Of a stretch of DNA of 32,924 nt, positions 8,083 through 15,604 are shown in pieces. How positions within the stretch are numbered: position 1 is the first letter of the stretch; the number at the start of each line of letters is the position of its first letter. The translations under genes and the position numbers were made by a program. The notes beneath the pieces were generated by a model. That model was not told the origin of the DNA. It saw only the letters and a program-made list of their open reading frames with translations, and did no database searches. The DNA is from an uncultured Planctomycetaceae bacterium (GTDB lineage: Bacteria; Planctomycetota; Phycisphaerae; SM23-33): assembly GCA_964564965.1 (NCBI GenBank), contig CAZMDT010000001.1:13237-46160 (forward strand), written 5' to 3'.

Positions 8083-8409
8083 TCCCGGCAATGGGCTTTT
8101 TCTCCGAAAAGCCTCCGGTCCGTGTTGGGGTGACTCGCTGGGATCAGGCCCGCCCCCGCGGCTCCGCCGGCTGCTTTCCCTGCCGGTCAGCCCCGGCGCG
8201 CCGGGACCGGCATCGCACCGCAAGCCGTTGGAGAAAAGCAGACTGGACTCGCATCCGCCGAGCCGCCGGCTCCGCGCGCCGTCCCGCGGGCTGCGGGGCA
8301 TGGCCCTGCATCCCTGGCGCCTACCCTAACACACGCCCCAACAACTACCGGAAACATAGGATGCAGAATCGCCAGGAGAAACGCCGGGCGCGAATTTGCC
8401 CAGACGGGG

Positions 8410-9360
8410 CTACTGCGCCCCGGCCGGAGCGGGGACCGGCAGGTCGGCATAGACGATGGCCTCGGCGCGGTCGTCGCCTGCCCGGGCCAGCACGTTGCCG
8501 CCGGCGTCGATGACGCGGCTCTGCCCGTAGCCGTGCCACGCCGGCGTCATCCCGGCCGGCACCGTCCAGTTCGCCGCCACGATCGCCAGGCCCTCCCGCC
8601 GGGCGATGGCCGGCAGCCGCTGCTCGAACCACGTGCTGCCGGCATCCTCCACCCAGGCGACCGAGTACAGCAGCACGTCCACCTTCAGCCGCCCCATGAC
8701 CGCCGCCTGGTCGTGGATGTCGTAGCAGATCAGCAGGCCCAGGCGCCCCAGCGGCGTGTCCACGACGGGGTTGCCTCGGTCGCCCCTTTCCGCCCAGCCG
8801 CGCTCCGCCCACGGCCAGGGGTCGCGCTTGCGATAGTGCAGCAGCATCCGCCCGTCCGGCCCCAGCAGAACGGAGGTGTTGTAGTAGGCGCCCGTCCCGC
8901 GGTCCACCTCCAGCAAGGGCACGGTGAGGTACACGCCCAGCTCCCGCGCCAGCCCGGCGAACAGGCGAGTCGAAGGCCCCGGAACCGTCTCGGCGACGCC
9001 GGCCGGATCCACCCCGCGAAGCCCCGCCGACACCGCTCGCCCGCCCACCTGCCAGGTCGTCTTCAGGTCCGGCGTCAGGTAGCCCGCGACGGCCGTCTCC
9101 GGCAGGACCACCACCTTCGCCCCGCCGCCCGCCGCCTGGCGGACCAGCCGGGCGAGCCCGGCCCGGTTCGCCTCGGGATCGCCGAAGACGCTGCTGCACT
9201 GGATGGCGGCGACGCGGAAGGTGGCCCGGGGCTGTGGCGCGGTCCCGGCGCGCCGCCAGCGCGGGGCGGCCGGGCGGTCCGCAGACCGGGGCGACCCGCC
9301 GCAGCCGGCCACAAGCGCCGCCAGCACCACGGCCGACCAGATGGCGCGCCGCTCGGACAC
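8410..9360 (-). CDS. Carbon-nitrogen hydrolase (nitrilase superfamily) with a lipoprotein signal peptide
   Basis: ORF 8410..9360 with a GTG start; GGGAGG lies 8 nt upstream. The N-terminus MSERRAIWSAVVLAALVAGCGG has a lipobox (LVAGC). The E-K-C triad context is present: VVVLPETAV, LHYRKRDPW, LLICYDI. Confidence 0.8.
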   Translation of the reverse strand: MSERRAIWSAVVLAALVAGCGGSPRSADRPAAPRWRRAGTAPQPRATFRVAAIQCSSVFGDPEANRAGLARLVRQAAGGGAKVVVLPETAVAGYLTPDLKTTWQVGGRAVSAGLRGVDPAGVAETVPGPSTRLFAGLARELGVYLTVPLLEVDRGTGAYYNTSVLLGPDGRMLLHYRKRDPWPWAERGWAERGDRGNPVVDTPLGRLGLLICYDIHDQAAVMGRLKVDVLLYSVAWVEDAGSTWFEQRLPAIARREGLAIVAANWTVPAGMTPAWHGYGQSRVIDAGGNVLARAGDDRAEAIVYADLPVPAPAGAQ

Positions 9361-9533
9361 TCTGGTGCCTCCCGGGCGGGGTGGCCCCGCCTTCCGTGTG
9401 CGTTAGACGCTCCCGTGGGGAGCGTGTTCGGCGAAGTTGACGCCCCGGCCCCCGGGCGCAGAGAAGCGCGGCGCGCCGGAGCAAGTCCGGCACGCCGCGC
9501 TGGCGCGTCGCTGTCGGTCCGTCTCGTCGCCGG

Positions 9534-11099
9534 TTAGCGCCTTCGCCGCCGGATGTAGCCGCCGATCGCGGTGGCGCCCAGGAGCACCGCAAATGCGGAA
9601 ACGGGTTCGGGGATGACCGCCACGGCGTCGGTCTCCAGGACGTTGATCATGCCCATCCCGGCGAACCACATGTCGTCGGTGAACTGGGCGTTGGTGCCCG
9701 GCGCGCCGTACGTGCCGATCGGCTGCGGCTCGTCGTTGAAGAATAGCTTCAACACGTCGTCGATGCCCTGGTGGTTCAGATAGAGCAGCCCGTAGCCCGA
9801 GCCGTGCTCGAGCGTCAGGACAGCCGTGTCGGCCAGCGTGTCGTCGAAGTTGAGCTGGAGCGTCCCCAGCTTGCCGACCGTCACGTCGCCGGTGCCGAGG
9901 GCGGCGGGGTCGTTGGCGATGAGCGTGCCGGCCTCGACGATGGTGCCGCCGGAGTAGGACGAGGCGCGGCTGAACGTCTGCGTGCCGGTGCCGGTCTTGC
10001 GGATCGAGCCGACCTGCCCCGCCGCCTCGGCGATCTGGCGGTCGAACACGTACACCCCGCCGCCGGTCAGGTTCAACTCCGTGTCGATGAGGCCCACGCT
10101 GTCGCCGAGGATGATCGTGTCGCCGTTGCCGCCGCCGGAGGTGGTCTTCAGGCCGGCGCAGCTCGGCGTGGCCGTCAGGAAGTTCACCGTCGCCCGCCCG
10201 ACGTTCACCACGGCGTTCTGCACGGCGCCGTCATTCGTGATGTTGATCGTCGCGGCGGTGCCGCCCCTGTCCGAATAGAGCTCGCCCGTCCACAGCGGGT
10301 TGCTCCCGCTGATGGTCAGCGGCCCGTTGTCGTCCATGTTGAAGGTCAGCGCGCCCTCGATACTGCCGGCCAGCGTGGACCCCTCGGACTTCTGGGTCAC
10401 GCTCGATCCCGCCAGGCCCTTCAGCGTCCCGCCGGCGTTGAGCTCCAGCCTCCGGAAGCCCAGGAAGCTGTACGTGTCCAGGTCCAGCGTGGCGCCGTTC
10501 ATGACCTTGAACCGCCCGCAGTTGGTGTTGCTCGGCACGTCGCCGACCAGCTTGAACGTCCCCTCGTGGACGTTCAGCGCGTAGTACGAGTTGTTGTTGC
10601 CCGTGAACTTGCCGGCGAACTCAAGCGTCCCGCCGCCTTCCTTCCAGAACTCGTGCCCGCCGGCCACCGTCGGGCTCCACGCCAGCGTCGTGGCGGCGGC
10701 GACGTTGATGTGCGTCTCACCGTTGTCGCCCTTCAGCGTCACCGAGTCCATCTGCGCGCCCGTGACGTCGCTGATCGTCAGCTCCTTGTTGCCCTTGACC
10801 TTGATCGAGTAGCCCGTCACGTCGATCTTGAGCGCCCCGGCGGTGATGTCGGTGGTCACGTACACCTCTCCCGCGTTGCCGCCGAAGACGGCCGTGTCGG
10901 TCGCGTTCGTCGCGTTGTTCCACGCAACGAATCCTGCCCCGGTGTCCCAGTAGGCGTTGGAGGTGTTCCAGTCTCCCGCGCCGCCGGTGGGGGCGCCGGT
11001 GGTTCCATCGACGTCCCAGATGAGGTCGCTGCCGAGGCTCATCCCGGCCGTCGCCAGAATCATCGCCAGCACCGCGAGCAGTTGTCTCTGCCTTGTCAT
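9534..11099 (-). CDS. PEP-CTERM-anchored protein with autotransporter-associated beta-strand (PATR-type) repeats
   Basis: ORF 9534..11222, trimmed to ATG 11099 (MTRQRQLLAVLAMILATAGMSLG, a signal peptide), which is preceded by AGAGGAGAG. It carries repeats of the G(T/G)LxLxG...GGTxVxxGTL type, for example IRKTGTGTQTFSRASSYSGGTIVEAGTLIAND. The C-terminus is VIPEPVSAFAVLLGATAIGGYIRRRRR. Confidence 0.85.
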   Translation of the reverse strand: MTRQRQLLAVLAMILATAGMSLGSDLIWDVDGTTGAPTGGAGDWNTSNAYWDTGAGFVAWNNATNATDTAVFGGNAGEVYVTTDITAGALKIDVTGYSIKVKGNKELTISDVTGAQMDSVTLKGDNGETHINVAAATTLAWSPTVAGGHEFWKEGGGTLEFAGKFTGNNNSYYALNVHEGTFKLVGDVPSNTNCGRFKVMNGATLDLDTYSFLGFRRLELNAGGTLKGLAGSSVTQKSEGSTLAGSIEGALTFNMDDNGPLTISGSNPLWTGELYSDRGGTAATINITNDGAVQNAVVNVGRATVNFLTATPSCAGLKTTSGGGNGDTIILGDSVGLIDTELNLTGGGVYVFDRQIAEAAGQVGSIRKTGTGTQTFSRASSYSGGTIVEAGTLIANDPAALGTGDVTVGKLGTLQLNFDDTLADTAVLTLEHGSGYGLLYLNHQGIDDVLKLFFNDEPQPIGTYGAPGTNAQFTDDMWFAGMGMINVLETDAVAVIPEPVSAFAVLLGATAIGGYIRRRRR

Positions 11100-11326
11100 G
11101 ACTTCTCTCCTCTGAGTTTGCCTTCTCGCTTGTTCATCTCCACGCCTCCACGCCGGCGGCTTCGCCGCGGGCGCGCAGACCCATACCGCCCTGTACCCAT
11201 GGTCCCTACGCTGGAGTTGCACCGCTCCTTGTTCAAGAGCCTCTCAGATACTTCGGGTTCCCTATGCCTGCCGTTATTTACCCTACATGGTCAGGCCGTC
11301 CGGGCGAACCGGAACTGCCAAGCAGG

Positions 11327-11354
11327 AATATACCGCCAATTCCGGAATTGTCAA
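11327..11354 (-). promoter_or_regulatory. sigma70-like promoter with an embedded 12-bp palindrome, upstream of the PATR/PEP-CTERM gene
   Basis: Minus strand reads TTGACA (11354-11349), a 16-nt spacer, then TATATT (11332-11327). The spacer and -35 edge contain the perfect palindrome AATTCCGGAATT (11338-11349). It lies about 220 nt upstream of ATG 11099. Confidence 0.5.
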
Positions 11355-11367
11355 GCACGGACTTGAG

Positions 11368-11396
11368 AAAAAAGCGGGAAAGGTGGTTCCCCCCGC
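11368..11396 (-). terminator. Rho-independent-type terminator closing the SecA-like operon
   Basis: Minus strand reads GCGGGGGGAA-CCACC-TTTCCCGC (a GC stem with G-U pairs), followed directly by TTTTTT (11373-11368). It begins 13 nt after the TAG stop at 11409-11411. Confidence 0.55.
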
Positions 11397-11408
11397 GTCG
11401 TCCGGGGG

Positions 11409-13445
11409 CTATCGCTCGGCGCCGGCGAAGCCGAGGTACTCGTCCAGCCAGTCGTCGGTGCGGAGGACGCCCTTCCGCTGGCGGAGCGCCATCCGCTCGG
11501 CGTGGTGCTGGGCGAGACCGAACACCCGCCGCGTCAGCAGCGACGACAGCTCGCGCTCCGTCCGCCCGAACCGCCGCCTCAGCGCCGCCGACAGGTGCGG
11601 GGCGTGCCGCACGACCAGCTCGTCGGCGAGGCTGACGATGGCCTGGCAGCTTCCGGGGTCGCCCTGGCGTCCGGCCCGGCCGAAAAGCTGCCGGTCGATC
11701 CGCCCCGCCTCGTGGCGCTCGGTGGCGATGACGTGCAGCCCGCCGAGGTCGGCCACGCCGCGCCCGAGCTTGATGTCGGTGCCGCGCCCGGCCATGTTGG
11801 TGGCCACGGTGATCCGTCCCTGCTGCCCGGCGGCGGCGACGATCTGGGCCTCCTCGGCGTGGCGGACGGCGTTGAGCACCTGGTGCTCCAGCTCGCGCTC
11901 GGCGAGCAGGCGGCTGAGGTGCTCGCTGGCGCGGACGCTGCGGGTGCCGACGAGCACGGGCCGGCCGGTGGCGTGGAGGCGGGCGATCTCCTCGACGACG
12001 GCGCGCCACTTGGGCGCTTCGGAGGCGAAGACGCGGTCCGGGCGTCGCTCGCGGACGCACGGGCGGTTGGTGGGCACCACCACGACCGGCAGGCGGTAGA
12101 TCTGCCAGAACTCGCGCCGGGCCTCGGCGGCGGTGCCCGTCATGCCCGCCAGCCGGCGGTACAAGCGGAAGAACCGCTGGAAGCTCACCCGGGCGTACGT
12201 GTCCTTCGGCGGGTTGACGGCAATGCCTTCCTTGGCCTCGACGGCCTGGTGGAGCCCGTCGCGCCATTCGCGGTCCGGCATCAGCCGACCCGTGAACTCG
12301 TCCACGATGCACACCGCCTCCTCGTGAAGCACGTACTGCTTGTCGCGGAGGTAGAACTCATCGGCGGTGAGGGCCTGGACGACAAGCTCCTCGCCTCGCC
12401 GGGCCCCGCCCCAGACGCCGCCCAGCCCGCCCGACATCTCGGCGATGCGCCGCTGGCCCGCGGGCGTCAGCTCCACCTCGCGGTAGCGGGCGTTCACGCG
12501 GTAGTGTGCGCCGGGCGCCAGCTCGTTCGCCACGGCGGCGGCCTGCTCGAACGCCGCCACCTGCTCGGGGTTCGGGGCGTCGCCCGAGATGATCAGCGGC
12601 GTGACGGCCTCGTCGATGAGGATCGAGTCGGCCTCGTCCACGATGGCGTACTGCAGGCCGCGCTGCACCAGCCGCCCCACCCCGCCCCGCGCGCCCTCGG
12701 CCAGGCCCGCCAGCAGCACCTCCGGCAGCGACCGCATCCGCCCCAGCGCCAGGCGGTCGCGCAGAAAGTCCGCCGTCACCTCCTTGTTGGTGCAGTAGGT
12801 GATGTCCGCCTGGTAGGCCTCGCGGCGCTGGGCGGGCTCCATGCCCTGCTCGAGGTGCGCCACCCGCAGGCCGCAAAAGCGGTAGATGGGGCGCATCCAC
12901 TCGGCGTCGCGCCGGGCGAGGTAGTCGTTGAAGGTGATGACGTGGCACCCGCGCCCGCGCCAGCCGGCCACCGCCGCCGGGAGCGTGGCGGTGAGGGTCT
13001 TGCCCTCGCCGGTGGCCATTTCGGCGATGGCGCCGGCGTGGAGGGCGAAGGCGCCGGCGACCTGGACGGGGAAGTGGGTCTCGCCGATGCGCCGGCGGGC
13101 GACCTCGCGGACGAGGGCGAAGGCGCGGTCGAGGTCGTCCGCGCGGTCGCGTCCGCGGCGGAAGCGGGCGCGGAACGCCTCGGCCTGGCCGCGCAGGGCG
13201 GCCTCGCCCATGTCGCGAAAGGCCCTCTCCAGCGCGAGCACGCGCCGGGCCCGGCGGAGGAAGCTCCCGGTGCGGACGGACAGGCGCTTGGCGGCGCCGG
13301 CGGCGCTCAGCCAGAGAGCGTCCAGGCCTTTGGGCAGCTCATCGCGCGCTCGCGGCTCGGCGAGCATCCGCCAGGTTGCGCTGGCCACGGCCGTCACGAA
13401 CGGCTGAACCTCCGCAGCAGCAGTTGCCGCAGGCTGCGCCACCAC
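11409..13445 (-). CDS. SecA-like ATPase, C-terminally truncated paralogue (NBD1 - preprotein cross-linking domain - NBD2 - stub of helical scaffold)
   Basis: ORF 11409..13445. It shows strong collinear identity to SecA motifs: Walker A (AEMATGEGKTLTATLPA), VITFNDYLARRDAEWMRPIY, ADITYCTN, DEAD-like (IVDEADSILIDEAVTPLIISG), a PPXD segment, WRDGLHQAVEAKEGI, AGMTGTA, PVLVGT, ATNMAGRGTDIKLG and TERHEAGRIDRQLFGRAGRQGDPG. The protein ends about 70 aa after NBD2. By comparison with E. coli SecA (recalled sequence), the wing domain, two-helix finger and C-terminal tail are absent. The start is GTG 13445 (a 52-nt overlap with the upstream gene) or ATG 13367. Confidence 0.85.
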   Translation of the reverse strand: MVAQPAATAAAEVQPFVTAVASATWRMLAEPRARDELPKGLDALWLSAAGAAKRLSVRTGSFLRRARRVLALERAFRDMGEAALRGQAEAFRARFRRGRDRADDLDRAFALVREVARRRIGETHFPVQVAGAFALHAGAIAEMATGEGKTLTATLPAAVAGWRGRGCHVITFNDYLARRDAEWMRPIYRFCGLRVAHLEQGMEPAQRREAYQADITYCTNKEVTADFLRDRLALGRMRSLPEVLLAGLAEGARGGVGRLVQRGLQYAIVDEADSILIDEAVTPLIISGDAPNPEQVAAFEQAAAVANELAPGAHYRVNARYREVELTPAGQRRIAEMSGGLGGVWGGARRGEELVVQALTADEFYLRDKQYVLHEEAVCIVDEFTGRLMPDREWRDGLHQAVEAKEGIAVNPPKDTYARVSFQRFFRLYRRLAGMTGTAAEARREFWQIYRLPVVVVPTNRPCVRERRPDRVFASEAPKWRAVVEEIARLHATGRPVLVGTRSVRASEHLSRLLAERELEHQVLNAVRHAEEAQIVAAAGQQGRITVATNMAGRGTDIKLGRGVADLGGLHVIATERHEAGRIDRQLFGRAGRQGDPGSCQAIVSLADELVVRHAPHLSAALRRRFGRTERELSSLLTRRVFGLAQHHAERMALRQRKGVLRTDDWLDEYLGFAGAER

Positions 13446-15592
13446 TGCACGGCGAGCGGCTTGGCCGGCAGCTCGAAGCGGGCGATGACGCGCTGCCCGG
13501 GGCGCAGGGCCACGCCGGGGTCGGGGCGGACGCGGACCTGGAACACCTGCTCCGTCGGGCGGGCGCCGGAGGGGTCGGTGGGATCGACGGCGATGGGCCC
13601 GCCCGCGCGATACCCCAGCGCCGCGGAGGGGAGCTTCTTCTCCCCGACGCGGAGGGTGGGCAGCCGCTCGCCCGTGAGGTACTCCCCGGGCCGCCCGCGG
13701 ACGCGCAGCGAGAGGCGCCGGCGCGACTCGTCGATCAGCCGCTTGTCGTCCTGCCCGACGACGGCGCGAACCATGAGGTTACCGAACGCCAGCGGCGCCA
13801 CGAAGCCGATGGGCTGCCCCCGGCGGACGTACACGCCGCGCATCCGCTCGATGTCGGGGGCGATCCACACGCCGGGGGCCGGCGCCGGCACCCGCAGCCG
13901 CTCCTGACGCTGCTCGAACCGCTCGATCTCCCGCTCCAGCCGGGCGATCTCGCGGGCCTTCTGCTGGGCGGCGGTGATGTCCCGCTGCGGACCCGGCGCC
14001 TGGAGGAGCCGCTTCTCGCGCTCGAGCTTGCTCAGGTCCGCCCGGCGGCGCTCGATCTCGGAGGCCAGCTCGGGGTTCGCCATCACCACCACGGGGGGCC
14101 CGGCGGGGCGGCAGTCGGCCCCGGGGGGCAGGAACTCCGTGATGAAGCCGTCCTCGGCGGCGAACACGCCGGCCATCTCGACCGGCTCCACGACGCCCTC
14201 GACGCGGACGCGGTCGGGCGCGCTGACGGCCCCGACGGCGGCGACGGCGGCCGCCACGACCACCAGCACGGTGGCCGCCGCGCGCCCCCGCACGCGGGCC
14301 AGCTCGTTGCTGGTGGCGAGGTAGCGCACGAACTTCACGAGCGGCACGCAGATCCACGTGAACGCCGCCACCGCGGCGAACGCCACCGCCACCGCCGCCA
14401 GCGGCTTCGGCAGCCGGTTCGTCAGGAACAGCAGGATCATCGCGAAGATGAAGAACCGGTAGAGCGTCGAGGCGATGCCGTAGAAGACGAACCAGAACGG
14501 CTCGCCGCGGGTGTTGGCGGGGTTGCGCGCCTGCCGGACGCTCCAGACGTAGCGGCGGACGAGGTAATAGAGGTACTGCCGGCTGCGCTGAGCGAGGTTG
14601 GGAATCTCCAGCAGGTCGGACAGGATGTAGTACGCGTCGTAGCGGAGCAGCGGGTTGCCGTTGAACAGCACCGAGGAGACGCTCGCCACGAACATGATGT
14701 TGTAGCAGATGGCCTTGAGCGTGCCGGGCTCGGCACTGGCCCAGACGACGGCCGCCACGGCGGCGATGGCCAGCTCGACGATCATCCCCGCCGCCCCCAC
14801 GATCACCCGCCGCCACTTGCCCCGGAACGCCCACGCGCTGGAGGCGTCCACGTACGGCAGCGGGGTGAACACGAGGAACATCACGCCCATGGCGTGGACC
14901 TCCCCGCCCTGCCCCGCCTGCCGGCCGAAACGCTTCACCGCGAACGCGTGACCGAACTCGTGGCACACCTTCGCGATCACCAGGCTCAGGTAGAACAGCG
15001 GCAGGGCCGAGGGGTCGAGGATGTTCTCGGCGGCGCTGACGAGTTCTTCGCCGCGCCCGACGACGCTGTAGATGCCCGCCGCCAGCATCCCCAGCCACAG
15101 CACCAGCCCCGGCCAGGAGAACACCCAGCCGAAGACCGCCACCCACCGGTCGAGGAACTTATCGGGGTCCAGCAGGGGCAGGCGGATGAACAGCAGGTTC
15201 ATCACGGTGCCCTGGATCTCGCGGATGCGGCGCTTGCGGTAGCGCTTGAGCAGGCCCTCGGCGTCGGGGGGCAGGTCGGCCTGGAGAAGGTTCGAGGTGT
15301 ACAGCTGCCCGAGCAGTTGGATGGCCTCGCCCTGGGTGGGGGCGGCGTCGCCGAGCTGCTCGTTGCAGATGCCCCAGACGTCGGCGACGGTCTTCCGCCC
15401 GTCGAGCATCGCCACGAAGCGGTACGCCGGCTCGTTCAGGCGGAAGTAATCGTTGGTCGAGGGGTCCTCCAGCACGTGCCACATCTGCCCGCGGAAGTGC
15501 TGCCGGCTGACCTGCACGGTCGATCGCAGGCGCGGCTGGAGGCCCGCCACCCGGTACCACGACTCGCTGAATGTCGGGCGGTCAACCGGCAC
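13394..15592 (-). CDS. Three-part fusion: PqqD/RRE-like N-domain, site-2-protease (peptidase M50) membrane core, C-terminal HlyD-like periplasmic adaptor
   Basis: ORF 13394..15592 with a GTG start. The N-terminus (YFRLNEPAYRFVAMLDGRKTVADVWGICNEQLGDAAPTQGEAIQLLGQLYTSNLL) resembles the PqqD peptide-binding fold. The polytopic core has HExxH (KVCHEFGHAF) and the second S2P motif NxxPxxxxD (FNGNPLLRYDAYY). After a last TM helix there is a coiled coil (ELASEIERRRADLSKLEREKRLL...IARLEREIERFEQRQERL) and beta-barrel-like segments, as in HlyD adaptors. Confidence 0.8.
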   Translation of the reverse strand: MPVDRPTFSESWYRVAGLQPRLRSTVQVSRQHFRGQMWHVLEDPSTNDYFRLNEPAYRFVAMLDGRKTVADVWGICNEQLGDAAPTQGEAIQLLGQLYTSNLLQADLPPDAEGLLKRYRKRRIREIQGTVMNLLFIRLPLLDPDKFLDRWVAVFGWVFSWPGLVLWLGMLAAGIYSVVGRGEELVSAAENILDPSALPLFYLSLVIAKVCHEFGHAFAVKRFGRQAGQGGEVHAMGVMFLVFTPLPYVDASSAWAFRGKWRRVIVGAAGMIVELAIAAVAAVVWASAEPGTLKAICYNIMFVASVSSVLFNGNPLLRYDAYYILSDLLEIPNLAQRSRQYLYYLVRRYVWSVRQARNPANTRGEPFWFVFYGIASTLYRFFIFAMILLFLTNRLPKPLAAVAVAFAAVAAFTWICVPLVKFVRYLATSNELARVRGRAAATVLVVVAAAVAAVGAVSAPDRVRVEGVVEPVEMAGVFAAEDGFITEFLPPGADCRPAGPPVVVMANPELASEIERRRADLSKLEREKRLLQAPGPQRDITAAQQKAREIARLEREIERFEQRQERLRVPAPAPGVWIAPDIERMRGVYVRRGQPIGFVAPLAFGNLMVRAVVGQDDKRLIDESRRRLSLRVRGRPGEYLTGERLPTLRVGEKKLPSAALGYRAGGPIAVDPTDPSGARPTEQVFQVRVRPDPGVALRPGQRVIARFELPAKPLAVQWWRSLRQLLLRRFSRS

Positions 15593-15604
15593 GGCGTGTT
15601 GCCC

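Noticed and set aside
8094-8113. Hairpin GGCTTTT-N6-AAAAGCC as a terminator for the nitrilase-like gene
   Set aside because: It has an AT-rich stem and no T-tract on either strand. It lies about 300 nt from the stop and directly upstream of the predicted -35. It is recorded only as a structure.
8060-8125. Possible c-di-GMP-I (GEMM) riboswitch, prompted by AAAAGCCTCCGG resembling the conserved GCAAAGCCnCCGG segment
   Set aside because: The match is on the plus strand, while both flanking genes are on the minus strand. The other conserved half (GCACAGGGCAAAC) is absent. Only an Infernal scan could revive this idea.
7678-8409. RNase P RNA, tmRNA, SRP RNA or 6S RNA in the non-coding gap
   Set aside because: I did not see the hallmark motifs on either strand: GGAAAGTCCGG for RNase P, a tRNA-like GGTTCGA..CCACCA end for tmRNA, or AGGTCCGGAAGGAAGCAGCC for SRP. 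6S RNA cannot be judged by eye.
7781-8513. ORFs 7781..8329, 7897..8301 and 7923..8513 in the long intergenic region
   Set aside because: They have no RBS, a low-complexity Arg/Pro/Gly-rich sequence and mutually overlapping frames. The region is better explained as promoter plus leader RNA.
11409-13445. Annotating this gene as the housekeeping preprotein translocase SecA
   Set aside because: The protein stops shortly after NBD2 and lacks the wing domain, two-helix finger and C-terminal tail. It is the last gene of an operon of adaptors and a protease, so it is called SecA-like only.
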